Shown here one piece after another: positions 1 through 9,602 of a stretch of DNA of 64,000 nt; position 1 is the first letter of the stretch, and each line of letters starts with the position of its first letter. Origin of the DNA: an uncultured Acidimicrobiales bacterium (GTDB lineage Bacteria; Actinomycetota; Acidimicrobiia; Acidimicrobiales; SHLQ01); contig CAZFBD010000006.1 in assembly GCA_964517125.1 (NCBI GenBank), forward strand, positions 27,429-91,428, given 5' to 3'. The notes beneath the pieces were generated by a model. It worked only from the letters and a program-made list of their open reading frames with translations, searched no databases and was not told where the DNA came from. Position numbers and translations under genes: made by a program.

Positions 1-2
1 AG

Positions 3-1235
3 TGTTGCCCGGAATGTATCGATCAGGGCTATACCGGGAACACCGACGAAGACGGCCAGTGGTGGTATGAAGCGGGCCAGCCGGGAGCGGACGACGTCGT
101 TGGGTTCCTGGTTCACGAGATGGACTTGGAGAGTCCGACGAGCGCTCGACGACTCGGTGAGACTTCCAACGAGACGCCCGAATATTCGCCTCGCCAACTA
201 ACGATCCGAGGGACCCTTCTCGCCGACTCCCGCCAAGGTCTCTACTACCTCCAGAACGCAATCACTCAAGCGCTCTCAAATCCTTGCGGACCGTGCGACG
301 GATACGAAGCGGAGATCCTTCCGTTCTGCCCGAGCGCCGACGCGCTAGAGCCGTCGATCCCTCCGGAGATCTGGCTCCCCACCGACCTCGAAGCATCCTT
401 TGCTCCGTGCGAAGGGATCGATTGTCCCGAAGCCGAACCGCTCGAAGCCGCTGGAGAAGTCCCTACCCAAGTCGACAACGGCATACGGACGATCCTTCGA
501 GTCCGCTTCCAATACTTCGACGTCGACCCCGAAAGCGAAGCGTCTCCGACGTGCTGGGGTGCCGACGTTATTATCGGCTTCGAGGTCTTCGAAGATAAAG
601 AATGGGGCGAAGAGATCTCCGGCCTTTGCGCCGAGCGGCCTCTCGTCGGCGACGATTGCTGGCCACACGACTTCTCAAAGTGCCTATGGCTCCCGGAGCT
701 TTCGGCGTGCGACTTCGGCGAGGATGCCGTAGCCGAAGAAGAGGATTCCTTCGAAGGCATTCGCCCTCTCGTCGGTCGGACTATCCGCTATTGCCAACCG
801 CTCTACACGACTCGACGCTCTTGCCTAACTCCGGTCCTCCCCGTCGGCGCGGAGGTAGCTCCGATCCTTCGGCTTAGTACCGGGACCGAAGAGCTAACGA
901 ACCTGCGCATCCTCTTTCATCCCGCCTATACCGGCGTCCCCGCTCCGGAGACCTGCCAAGGTTGGGAGTTCTACTCAAATCATGCGACATGCGCAAAGAT
1001 CATGATCGCTGGCCCGGTCCCGGATAACGCCCGGATCGAGATCGACGGCCGACGCCAACGATCTTTCATCTGGTGCGGAAGCGAAGAACCCGTAGCGGCC
1101 GAAGAGCTTATCGAGGGCTGGGATTGGCCGACTCTCGATCCGACCTGCCGCTATTGGGTTACTTCGGTAGCCGACTGCTTCAACACCTCCGAGGACGCCC
1201 GTCTAGCGCTCTCCTACTCTCCGAGGTTCGGCTGA
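3..1235 (+). CDS. Cys-rich virion (tail/baseplate-type) protein, 5' end probably outside window
   Basis: Track ORF 120..1235. The same frame is open with no stop from nt 3 (CCPECIDQGYTGN...), so the gene starts either upstream of the window or at ATG 120. 17 Cys in the 371 aa by hand count. First of a block of large co-directional structural-looking genes. Confidence 0.6.
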   Translation, partial: CCPECIDQGYTGNTDEDGQWWYEAGQPGADDVVGFLVHEMDLESPTSARRLGETSNETPEYSPRQLTIRGTLLADSRQGLYYLQNAITQALSNPCGPCDGYEAEILPFCPSADALEPSIPPEIWLPTDLEASFAPCEGIDCPEAEPLEAAGEVPTQVDNGIRTILRVRFQYFDVDPESEASPTCWGADVIIGFEVFEDKEWGEEISGLCAERPLVGDDCWPHDFSKCLWLPELSACDFGEDAVAEEEDSFEGIRPLVGRTIRYCQPLYTTRRSCLTPVLPVGAEVAPILRLSTGTEELTNLRILFHPAYTGVPAPETCQGWEFYSNHATCAKIMIAGPVPDNARIEIDGRRQRSFIWCGSEEPVAAEELIEGWDWPTLDPTCRYWVTSVADCFNTSEDARLALSYSPRFG

Positions 1236-2392
1236 TGACTAGTCGTGGCTCGGGCTCCTTCTCGCCGCTTACGGAGGCTACCTATACGGTCGTCGTCCAG
1301 AAGCGATCGACCGGCGCGGAGGTAGGCGGTTGCCGATTCACCCAGGGCAACGGCGGCTTTACCCGAGTCCTCGACGGTATTAGCTCGGGAGAGGTAACGG
1401 TCCCGGCTTCGGGTTGCTCATGCGATTGCATTCCCGACGGCCGAAACCACGAGCTTGCTTTCTACCGAGACGACTGTCCGGATGAACCGGCTTGGGTCGG
1501 TCCGATCGTTCGAATCGTCGACGATGCGGCGGCCGGGACGATTCGAATCCAGGCATACGACCGGCTCTATTGGGTCGAGGGCGCTCCGGCTTCGAGAGAC
1601 ATCCTCTACGGCGCTCCCAACGAGATTGACATCGTCGAGCTATTCGCCGAGTTCCTCGAAGACGCCGCGCTCTACGAGGATCCGAATATCGACTACTGGT
1701 ATCGAGGCTCGCCCGGAAACCTTCCCCCGCTCGGTGACTTGCTACTGGAATCCAACGTCGAGCAGTACGGTTCTATCTACTCGGGGATGATCGGCCTCGC
1801 CAAGTCTTCTCTTGATTTCACGATGGTTGGCCCTCACCTCTACTGGGGCTCGCCCTCGGTCCCGATCGCCAAGGGTCCTCCCCTCAACTCCTCCCACTGG
1901 TCAACTCCGCCGATCATCGACCGAGACTTCGGTTCGGTAACCTCTCGCGTAATCGTGACGGCGGCCGGAGGAGTCCTCGGTATCTATCCGCCCTTGAGCG
2001 AGAGGGAAGAGCCAAGCCAGCGAGGCGACGGGAATCGTACGGTCTTCATCGCCGATACGAATCTGAACACGCAAGCCGAAGCGAACTCCAAGGCGAGAGA
2101 CGTCTACCTCCAGAACTCCGGCCCTACCGACTTCATCATTACCGGCGACGGCTCCCTCTCCGACAAGTTCCCTCACGACCTAAAGGGCCTCATCCCCGGA
2201 CGGCTCTACCCGGTAACGGCCGACGGCCAATGCCTCCAGGCCGACGCCGACGAGCTTCAACTCTTTAACGTCGTCGTCGAGATAGGCGACGGTTCTGCCG
2301 AGTCCAAGAACAACAACCTCTTTGAGCGCCGAGTAGCGGGCGACTTCGCCAAGCCCGGCTCCGAAGGCTCCGCCGAAAGGCAGTCCGCCTAA
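1235..2392 (+). CDS. minor tail protein-like structural protein
   Basis: Track ORF 1073..2392 trimmed to ATG 1235, which overlaps the upstream stop (TGATG). N-terminal segment (TYTVVVQ.., ELAFYRDD.., WVGPIVRIVDD) recalls siphovirus Gp37-like minor tail proteins; this is recollection only. Confidence 0.55.
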   Translation: MTSRGSGSFSPLTEATYTVVVQKRSTGAEVGGCRFTQGNGGFTRVLDGISSGEVTVPASGCSCDCIPDGRNHELAFYRDDCPDEPAWVGPIVRIVDDAAAGTIRIQAYDRLYWVEGAPASRDILYGAPNEIDIVELFAEFLEDAALYEDPNIDYWYRGSPGNLPPLGDLLLESNVEQYGSIYSGMIGLAKSSLDFTMVGPHLYWGSPSVPIAKGPPLNSSHWSTPPIIDRDFGSVTSRVIVTAAGGVLGIYPPLSEREEPSQRGDGNRTVFIADTNLNTQAEANSKARDVYLQNSGPTDFIITGDGSLSDKFPHDLKGLIPGRLYPVTADGQCLQADADELQLFNVVVEIGDGSAESKNNNLFERRVAGDFAKPGSEGSAERQSA

Positions 2393-2637
2393 TGACCGAT
2401 TTCAGCGTCTACGACCACCGATCTTCGGCTCCAACCTCAGACCCGGAACGAGACCTAGAGCGAGCCCTAGAGCGAATGGCCCTAGCTATTCGCGACCTCC
2501 AGGCGGCGGCTACCAGAAACCTCCCGCCTACCTTCCGATTCGTCATCGACTCCGAGACCGACACGGCCTACCTAGTCGACATCGTAAACAAGCGCCGAGC
2601 GGCGATAACCACAGCTAATTGGGAACCAACACCATGA
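2392..2637 (+). CDS. hypothetical protein
   Basis: Track ORF. ATG overlaps the upstream stop (TAATG). Confidence 0.6.
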   Translation: MTDFSVYDHRSSAPTSDPERDLERALERMALAIRDLQAAATRNLPPTFRFVIDSETDTAYLVDIVNKRRAAITTANWEPTP

Positions 2638-3638
2638 GCGACATTTCACTAGTAGATCCCGACTCGATCGGCTGTTGCGATCCGGAAGTAGATCCGGGCG
2701 ACGGCTATCCGGCCGAACCTCCCCCATGCACCTACGAGTCTTGCTCGATCGGCTTCTTGCCGATGACGGTTACGAGGGGAGCGCTCGGTGCCTACGTCCG
2801 GCTCTTCGGTCAATCCGGAGCGTCGAGCGAACGGCTACCCGAATCGTGCGACCCCGAAGACGAATGCGGTCTCCTCCGCTGCTACATCGACTCCGACGGC
2901 AAGAACCTCGGACTAGGTATCTCGCTCAAGGGAAGCCCGGCCGCTCTTGAAGTGGATTGCACCGACGAAGAGGGGAACGACCTCTACGTCAACGGGCTAA
3001 GGGCGATCAAGAACCCGGACGGATCATGCTCGCTCGGCACGCTCCCGATCCCGCTTCAAGGAAAGGTTTGCGTCGACGGCTCCGGCCAATGCACGACGAC
3101 CTTCCCTCCGGGCCAAGAGGGCGATGTCTTCGGATCGAGCGCGGACGGCGGTTGCGGTCCTAACCCTTGCGTCTCGCTGACCAACGAGGGTTGCTTCCCT
3201 ATGGTCGTGACTCCGAAGATTACGATCACGGGCGCTCGGCTCGGTCCCGGCGTTACCTACCAAATTCAGCCAAACGTTCAAGGTAACTTCGAAGACTCCT
3301 TCGACGCCTTCTCGAATAACGCCGGAGATTGCACCGTAAGCGACGCCGGAACCGGAGCTACCTCTTCGGCCGGAGACCCGGAGCACACCCACGAAGGGCC
3401 AAGCCATAGCCACACGGTGAATTGCAATGAGGGCGACCAGTCCTACTCGGGAACGATCGACCGACCGTTGATCCAGCTTGGGCCGGGCGAGACCTTGGAA
3501 TTCTGCGCTTCGGTATCTATTCGATACGACCGAGACAACGAGGGCGGCGGACTTCTCAACTTCGGAACCGTCAACGTTTGCCTCGACTACTCCAGCTTGG
3601 TAACGCCAGAAACTATCGCCGCGCTCGAAGGGAACTAA
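2634..3638 (+). CDS. Cys-rich structural protein (tail/fibre-type)
   Basis: Track ORF 2619..3638 trimmed to ATG 2634 (ATGA overlap with upstream stop). 18 Cys in 334 aa by hand count. His-rich patch GDPEHTHEGPSHSHT. Confidence 0.6.
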   Translation: MSDISLVDPDSIGCCDPEVDPGDGYPAEPPPCTYESCSIGFLPMTVTRGALGAYVRLFGQSGASSERLPESCDPEDECGLLRCYIDSDGKNLGLGISLKGSPAALEVDCTDEEGNDLYVNGLRAIKNPDGSCSLGTLPIPLQGKVCVDGSGQCTTTFPPGQEGDVFGSSADGGCGPNPCVSLTNEGCFPMVVTPKITITGARLGPGVTYQIQPNVQGNFEDSFDAFSNNAGDCTVSDAGTGATSSAGDPEHTHEGPSHSHTVNCNEGDQSYSGTIDRPLIQLGPGETLEFCASVSIRYDRDNEGGGLLNFGTVNVCLDYSSLVTPETIAALEGN

Positions 3639-3642
3639 GAAG

Positions 3643-6291
3643 ATGACTTGCGAATCATGCGCCGGAGGCGAAGTCCATAGGCACGCCTATAACCCGAACC
3701 GAGCGATCGACGATATTACCGTCGACGAAGATGGCACAGTCCTCTTCGTTAAGCCGCTCAAGCCTTCGGAAATGTGCATCCACGAATTGCGCAACGTCGT
3801 AATCGAACTCGAAGCCGGGTACGAGCAACCCGACAACGTGACTCCGATGGTTTGGAATCCGGATACGTGTCGGCTGGAGCCGGGATGTTGGCCCTCTTCC
3901 TCGATCATCGAATGGGACTCGACTCAAACCCTGGAGCCTCCAACCGAGGACGACGACGGAAATGTCTACTGCGAGATCTCGTGCGACCAAGGAACGACCT
4001 TCGCCTTCCGGGACGCCCAAACGGATTGCCTGACTCATATCTGTTTCGGCGGCGAGATGGTATGCCTTCCCGAAGGCAGCGAGGCGGAAGAGCCCGGTAC
4101 GCCGGTCGATCAGGTTTGCTACGACGTATCGAGTTGGAGCTTCCCGGCTTCCTACGGTGGCGGTCCGGGCGACTGGTTTATCTTCGGCAACGACTACAAC
4201 AACGCCGGTTGCACATCGGGCACGAATCAATTCCCGTTCCAATCGAAAGAGTTCTCTTGCTGGGACGACTTCGGCGGAGACGACGGACCGGATTCGGGAT
4301 GGAACTCCCTCACTTGGGAAAGCCCGGACCCTTACCAGTCGAGCCCGATGATCGCGGAAGCCGTCGAGAACATCTCTCACGGTTGCGCTCGACCGGCGTT
4401 CCGTATGGACCCCAACTTCCCGGTTGGGACGACCGGTCCGATTACGTGGAGCTTCAACTTCACGCTTACTTCCGGAGCGACGCGCTTCGCCGCCTACGAC
4501 AAGATCTCCGGCAACCAGATCCCGGTAACGATCGTCTCGGCTCCGACGCAACCGTCGGGCTCCTCGATGGTCGTCGAGAACGGCCCGAACGGTCCGCAGG
4601 TTTACACCTTCGCTGCGGCGACGGGCAACTACGTCCTCCAATTCTCTCCTCAATCCGGAGTCCAGCTAGAGAACATTTGCTTCCTGATTTGGAACCTCGC
4701 CGGAGTCGGCGAACCGGAGCGAGTGGACACGGTCTCGGTAACCGCTTCGCCAAGTACTACTACGTGTTGCCTCCAGTGGTCCTCGATCTCCGACCTAATC
4801 AATTGGATGAACGGTACGGACCCGATCGCTCAAGGTTGGAGCTTGGTCGACGGCAAGATTTGCCAGACCGTTGCCTCCGGAGTCGGCGTGAACTACGGGG
4901 AGCTTTCGTCGTGCGACGATTCGAGCAACCCGACCGTTACCCAAACCACGAGCACCGGAGGCGGCGGGGGGACTACGACCGTGCTCCCTTGCCAGACAAC
5001 CGCTCCCAACGGACGGACCGGCGACCGTTCGGGAATCTACATCGACGATTGCTCATGTATCGATGCTTCGCCGTGGGACCCCAACGGGACCGAGACGCTC
5101 GCTCAGTGGCTCACCGCTACCTATCCTCCCTCCGGCTTCCTTGAGTACTGGAGAGCGCCGGTTTGCGGTCCTGACGGCGTGACGAATTGGATCATGTCCG
5201 GTACCTCTTGGGGTCAGACCGATTGTTGCGAAGACGTCGTCGTGGAGCCCGACCTCTTCCGGGCTTGCGAGCTTCTTCCGGATTCGGCCTTCGAGTATTC
5301 GGTCCGGGCCGACAACCCGCTTTCGTGGAACGACAGTCGTCCGACTGGATCCCAGCTCCTCGCCGTCGATCGATTCAACGCAAACGTCGGTTGCGGAAAC
5401 CACGTAAACATCTTCGGCGATCCAAACCTTTGCTGGACCGGCAACCAGATCGACGGTCCGCTAGTCATGGACAACGGAGAGACCCGAGTCCTTTGGCCCG
5501 ACGTCTACAACGGCGTTCCCGTAATCGGCGGTCAATACCAATTCCGCAACGACGCCAACTACATGCCGCCACCGGCCGACTTCGGTCATGGCTCGATTGA
5601 CCCGACAAGGGCTCACCGACTCTTCTTCGACGGGAACCGTTGGGGCTACTCCTATATCGCGGATGAGATTCGGACCGGCCCCGGAGCGGATCAATGGGAG
5701 CACGTCTTTACCTTCGTCGTCGCCCCGTGGATGTTCGCTTCCGACCCGACGACCTTCGGTCTCGATATGCACGCGCCTCTTGGCGAAGCCGGGACGGGAG
5801 CCGTTGTCGGGTCGATCTCGAACGGCCAATTCGGCTTCTTCTCTCAGTACTCGCCGACGGCCATCACGCCGGGTATCAACGCCAATAGCCAAACGACGAA
5901 TATCCCTCTCGGCTCATTCAACCTTCCCCCGGTAGGAACTTGGGTCACGGTCGCCTCCGACGGGATTATCGATCCGACGGGTGGCGGCTACTTCAATGCG
6001 ACCTATTCGACCGACGGCGGCGAATGCGCTCAGTTCGTTAACCACGGGACGGACTACGGCTTCTACTACTCAGACTCGGCGCTCACGGGCCAGTTCTATA
6101 GCATCGTCCAGCAGTACGACTTCCACCAGTTCCCAACGGCGACCTCTCCAAACTGGGACGACACCTTCGGAAACGTCCGACGGACTTTCTGGGGAGGCTG
6201 GGGGCTAACGTTGAACAACGGAACGACGGACCTCGATCGAGTTTGCGAGCACGGTCGAGCCCTAATGCAATCCGAACTATGCGAGGTTTGA
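3643..6291 (+). CDS. large Cys-rich tail fibre / receptor-binding-type protein
   Basis: 882-aa track ORF, the longest in the window. G/S/T/N/W-rich with many scattered Cys. Position after the minor-tail-like genes. Function inferred from size and context only. Confidence 0.6.
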   Translation: MTCESCAGGEVHRHAYNPNRAIDDITVDEDGTVLFVKPLKPSEMCIHELRNVVIELEAGYEQPDNVTPMVWNPDTCRLEPGCWPSSSIIEWDSTQTLEPPTEDDDGNVYCEISCDQGTTFAFRDAQTDCLTHICFGGEMVCLPEGSEAEEPGTPVDQVCYDVSSWSFPASYGGGPGDWFIFGNDYNNAGCTSGTNQFPFQSKEFSCWDDFGGDDGPDSGWNSLTWESPDPYQSSPMIAEAVENISHGCARPAFRMDPNFPVGTTGPITWSFNFTLTSGATRFAAYDKISGNQIPVTIVSAPTQPSGSSMVVENGPNGPQVYTFAAATGNYVLQFSPQSGVQLENICFLIWNLAGVGEPERVDTVSVTASPSTTTCCLQWSSISDLINWMNGTDPIAQGWSLVDGKICQTVASGVGVNYGELSSCDDSSNPTVTQTTSTGGGGGTTTVLPCQTTAPNGRTGDRSGIYIDDCSCIDASPWDPNGTETLAQWLTATYPPSGFLEYWRAPVCGPDGVTNWIMSGTSWGQTDCCEDVVVEPDLFRACELLPDSAFEYSVRADNPLSWNDSRPTGSQLLAVDRFNANVGCGNHVNIFGDPNLCWTGNQIDGPLVMDNGETRVLWPDVYNGVPVIGGQYQFRNDANYMPPPADFGHGSIDPTRAHRLFFDGNRWGYSYIADEIRTGPGADQWEHVFTFVVAPWMFASDPTTFGLDMHAPLGEAGTGAVVGSISNGQFGFFSQYSPTAITPGINANSQTTNIPLGSFNLPPVGTWVTVASDGIIDPTGGGYFNATYSTDGGECAQFVNHGTDYGFYYSDSALTGQFYSIVQQYDFHQFPTATSPNWDDTFGNVRRTFWGGWGLTLNNGTTDLDRVCEHGRALMQSELCEV

Positions 6292-6292
6292 T

Positions 6293-6709
6293 ATGAACGC
6301 CGGAGAAGTTTGGTTCGTTCGGATGAACGAGGGGAAGCGCTACATCGTTGTCCTCGACGGCGAGCCCGAAGAGGTCACGGTTACCGAAGGCGAGGTAGCG
6401 ACTTCCTCCAAGGCCGTACGAGCAAAGGGGTACGCCCGTCCTCAAGTCAGGCTCATGGCCAAGAACCTCATCGATCCCAAAGAGGTAAAGGTCAAGGCGA
6501 AGCTCGAAGGCAAGGGTCAAGCCAAAGAGGTGACGGCCCGCGTCTTCGGGGTCGAGCCGGACTCCGAGGACTTCTTCGTTCCGGTCGATCTCTTCGAGAA
6601 GAAGATGGCCGACTCGATCGAAGAGGCGGAAGCCTTCATGTTCAGCGAAGAGGGAGCAGCGCCTATGTTGCTCCCCCCGAGAACCGACGGCTACAAACCG
6701 GAGTTGTAA
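6293..6709 (+). CDS. hypothetical protein
   Basis: Track ORF. GAGG 6 nt upstream of ATG, 1 nt after the upstream stop. Confidence 0.6.
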   Translation: MNAGEVWFVRMNEGKRYIVVLDGEPEEVTVTEGEVATSSKAVRAKGYARPQVRLMAKNLIDPKEVKVKAKLEGKGQAKEVTARVFGVEPDSEDFFVPVDLFEKKMADSIEEAEAFMFSEEGAAPMLLPPRTDGYKPEL

Positions 6710-6765
6710 ATCGAACCCGAGTTCGATTAAGGTCCGGGTATACGTAAACCCGAAAGGACCTATTC

Positions 6766-7077
6766 ATGTCGGATGCACCGACTCCGGTTCCGCAACCGAG
6801 AGGTCGAAGGAATGCGGTTAAGACCCGACCCCTTTGGTACTCCTACCCAGGCGGCATGGTCAACCTCGACGAAGCTAGAGCCGTCACACTTAGCCGTTGG
6901 TCAAACGCCGTCAAGATATTGGTCCTCTTCGCTCAGTGCGATTCAAGCGAAGTTGTTTGGGAGGCTAGGGCTAACTCGGAGTGCCCGTCCGAGGCGAAAG
7001 CCGAACTCGACTTGGCCTACGAAGAGGCGACGGTAGTTCTGCAAGACATCGCTAAGAGGCTAGGGATCCGGCGATGA
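6766..7077 (+). CDS. hypothetical protein
   Basis: Track ORF. AAAGGA ribosome site upstream. Confidence 0.6.
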   Translation: MSDAPTPVPQPRGRRNAVKTRPLWYSYPGGMVNLDEARAVTLSRWSNAVKILVLFAQCDSSEVVWEARANSECPSEAKAELDLAYEEATVVLQDIAKRLGIRR

Positions 7078-7217
7078 GCGACGAGAGGGAAGAGGAATTC
7101 GCCCGAGCGAAAGAGTCTCTCGCTCGCAAAGGCTCGTCTCGCCGGTCGATCTTCCTACCCGGTCGCCCGAAGTTCCTATCGACCGTCATCGAGTTCATCA
7201 AGGCGAATCAATGGTAG
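7074..7217 (+). CDS. hypothetical small protein (47 aa)
   Basis: Below the 60-aa track cutoff. ATG 7074 overlaps the upstream stop (ATGA), and its own stop overlaps the next start (ATGGTAG). Translates MSDEREEEFARAKESLARKG... and fills an otherwise empty 130-nt gap. Confidence 0.5.
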   Translation: MSDEREEEFARAKESLARKGSSRRSIFLPGRPKFLSTVIEFIKANQW

Positions 7218-7450
7218 GGCTTCCTTCGAGATCAGCTCTGGCCTACGCGCTTCGGCGCGAGATACGGGACACGCTCGACGGCGAGGTCGCTCTAGCTACC
7301 CAAGACATGCTCTACGCCCGGATCGCCGACACGCTCGCCGCTTCCGGGATAGATGTCGATCGAGTTCCTACCGACCTAAGTACGGCGGAGCCGAGCGAAC
7401 ACATAACGTGCCGATGCGAAAGGTGTATACGCAATGCGATCCTTGGATAG
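7211..7450 (+). CDS. hypothetical protein
   Basis: Track ORF, coupled to its neighbours. Confidence 0.55.
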   Translation: MVGLPSRSALAYALRREIRDTLDGEVALATQDMLYARIADTLAASGIDVDRVPTDLSTAEPSEHITCRCERCIRNAILG

Positions 7451-7658
7451 GGAAGACGAGAATCTACTTAAGGACATGGCGGACGAAGTCGAGCAACTTC
7501 GTAGAGAGTGGTCCGCCCTCATGGTCCGGCGAGACGATTTGATAGTCGACGTCCTGGAGCGGAACCCGAAAGCCGCTAAGGTCGATGTCGCTCTCCACCT
7601 CGGAGTCTCCGACACGATTATTCGCAGGTCGGAGCAAGCGGTTAAGGACCGACGTTGA
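7434..7658 (+). CDS. helix-turn-helix DNA-binding protein
   Basis: Track ORF. Segment AAKVDVALHLGVSDTIIRRSEQAV looks like an HTH. Confidence 0.5.
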   Translation: MRSLDREDENLLKDMADEVEQLRREWSALMVRRDDLIVDVLERNPKAAKVDVALHLGVSDTIIRRSEQAVKDRR

Positions 7659-7978
7659 CCGAGGGCTACTGGTGCTTCGAGAAAGCGGCCGACGGCGAGG
7701 GCTATGAGGTTCGGGTTTGGAGCCCGAAGCCGCCGACCTGGACGATAGCTATCGCCCACTGGCACGAAGTCGAGGGAGGCTTCGAAGCCGAAGAGGTCTA
7801 TTCGATCGACGAGACCAACCTTCGATTCGACTCGCTCGATGAAGCCTTCGCTCGGATACCGCCCGAGTTCCGAGACGAAGCGGCGAATAACCTCCGAGCC
7901 CAAATCGGCGAAGAGGCAAAGACCAATCAAGCAACGATCGATCGGTGGCTCGCCTCCGATCCCAAACGAAAGGCATGA
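7655..7978 (+). CDS. hypothetical protein
   Basis: Track ORF. TTG start in a TTGA overlap with the upstream stop. Confidence 0.5.
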   Translation: MTEGYWCFEKAADGEGYEVRVWSPKPPTWTIAIAHWHEVEGGFEAEEVYSIDETNLRFDSLDEAFARIPPEFRDEAANNLRAQIGEEAKTNQATIDRWLASDPKRKA

Positions 7979-7981
7979 ACC

Positions 7982-8395
7982 ATGACCACCAATGAATCAA
8001 CCAAGAGCGAGAGCCTCGCTAGCGTCGTCGGATTTACGGCGGCCCTCGCGGAAGCTCGATCAACCGGCGACTTCTGGGAAGGGATGGCCCGAAGCTCGAT
8101 GGCGGTCTTCGTCTTCGCCGCCGACCTTATGCAGACGGGTCAAGAGGGAGCGGAGCCGCACGGCGTGAGCGCCGATTACTTCGACAACGGCCAAGAGTCT
8201 GGATGGCGTATCACCGTTGCCGAGAATCCCTTCGGTAGCGATCAGGGCGCTCTCCACGGCGTGGTCCTCGCCAATACCGTAGAGCACGCTTTGATCGAGC
8301 ACCTTTGTGCCTCCTTCGACCCTCAGCGCTCGCCTTCCCTTGTCCGATCCCTCGAAGAGCGAGACGCCCACGACTCACCGCCGAGCGCCGACTGA
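7982..8395 (+). CDS. hypothetical protein
   Basis: Track ORF. AAAGG upstream. Confidence 0.6.
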   Translation: MTTNESTKSESLASVVGFTAALAEARSTGDFWEGMARSSMAVFVFAADLMQTGQEGAEPHGVSADYFDNGQESGWRITVAENPFGSDQGALHGVVLANTVEHALIEHLCASFDPQRSPSLVRSLEERDAHDSPPSAD

Positions 8396-8685
8396 TGCCT
8401 TGCTTTGACGGAGGCCCTCGCGAAGGAGTCGACCCGATGGCGAAGGAGCGGCTCGACCGGGTAACCCGGATCGCCTGTTCGGCCTTGACCGCCATCGAGT
8501 CCTACGGCCTAGAGATTCCGGAAGACGCTCGGGCCTGGTGGGAGGTTCACAAGGAGCAAGACGCCAAGCGAGAGCGGGAAGCGGAAGAGGTCAACGAGCG
8601 GATTCGAACCCGACTCGCTCTCTTGGAAGATATCCGTAGTCGGGTATCGGATGACGAGTGGGAGATCTTGGGGTTCAGGCCATGA
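8395..8685 (+). CDS. hypothetical protein
   Basis: Track ORF 8305..8685 trimmed to ATG 8395 (TGATG overlap). Confidence 0.55.
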   Translation: MPCFDGGPREGVDPMAKERLDRVTRIACSALTAIESYGLEIPEDARAWWEVHKEQDAKREREAEEVNERIRTRLALLEDIRSRVSDDEWEILGFRP

Positions 8686-9032
8686 GCGAGTGGGTAGGCG
8701 AGAGGATCCTCACCGCTCGGGAAGTCGGCGAGAAGGTTCTCGAAATTCAGGACGACGACATAGGCCGTCTTGAGTTCCTTCTCGATCACACATCGAAGAA
8801 TCCTGGCTTCGGCGTAGAGATCTGGGTCGACGCTCTGCCGACGATTCAAGACGTAGCCGAAGCGATGGGAATCGAGATCGACGACTACGTACCGGGCGGC
8901 GGCTGGTGGGCGAGCACGTCGATCAAGGTCGCCGGACTAGAAGAGAAGGCCAACGCCGAGAGGACTCAGCGCACGAGCCTAGGTCGTTGCCCGATTTGTT
9001 CGGCCAAAGGAGGTTGCGGTGCCAAGCGATAG
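8682..9032 (+). CDS. hypothetical protein
   Basis: Track ORF 8658..9032 trimmed to ATG 8682 (ATGA overlap). Confidence 0.55.
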   Translation: MSEWVGERILTAREVGEKVLEIQDDDIGRLEFLLDHTSKNPGFGVEIWVDALPTIQDVAEAMGIEIDDYVPGGGWWASTSIKVAGLEEKANAERTQRTSLGRCPICSAKGGCGAKR

Positions 9033-9207
9033 ATACCTAGCCGTCCGCAAGCGAGATCTTCAAGAGCACATAGCTCGGATGAGGGAGGAGAAGCGGACCC
9101 TTCGAGGCATGGGAGCCAACGTACCGGATCACCTTAAGGGGATAGACGGAGCGATCGAAGCGGCCGAAGCCGAGCTTCGCGGAGTGATGATGATGGGAAG
9201 GAGCTAG
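9019..9207 (+). CDS. hypothetical protein
   Basis: Track ORF, GTG start, overlaps the upstream end. Confidence 0.45.
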   Translation: MPSDRYLAVRKRDLQEHIARMREEKRTLRGMGANVPDHLKGIDGAIEAAEAELRGVMMMGRS

Positions 9208-9209
9208 CT

Positions 9210-9602
9210 ATGTGTCAGGTAGGAGACGGGGAGTACCCGACCTTCTTTAACCAGACCTCGATCAAGGCTTCGCGGAGCGCTCACCGCTGCACGGAATGCG
9301 GAAGAGGTATCGAGGTCGGCTCGCCGTACGTACGGACCGAAGGTCTCTGGGATGGCGAATTCCAAACGTTCAAGACGTGCGAGCACTGCTCCGCCTTGAC
9401 TCGCTGGTTCACGGTCGTTTGCAACGGGACGCTATTCGGCGGACTCTACGAGGACCTCCACCACCACTGGGACGACTATCGCCAACCGGAGCTAGGGATC
9501 CTCAAGACCATGATGCTTCGTAGCTGGAGGGGCGTAACGCCCTCGACGATCTCGGGCCTAGTCGAGAGGAACGAGCTTTACCGGGAATCGTTGGCGGCAT
9601 GA
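9210..9602 (+). CDS. zinc-ribbon protein
   Basis: Track ORF. GGAAGGAG ribosome site. CTECG...CEHC cysteine pairs. Confidence 0.6.
   Translation: MCQVGDGEYPTFFNQTSIKASRSAHRCTECGRGIEVGSPYVRTEGLWDGEFQTFKTCEHCSALTRWFTVVCNGTLFGGLYEDLHHHWDDYRQPELGILKTMMLRSWRGVTPSTISGLVERNELYRESLAA

Noticed and set aside
3655-4653. 332-aa minus-strand ORF, plus the 456-aa alternative-frame ORF 3774..5144, inside the large fibre-like gene.
   Set aside because: They translate as R/G/S/P-rich, low-complexity sequence typical of off-frame reading in GC-rich DNA. They are fully contained in a long sense ORF that fits the operon. No start signals.
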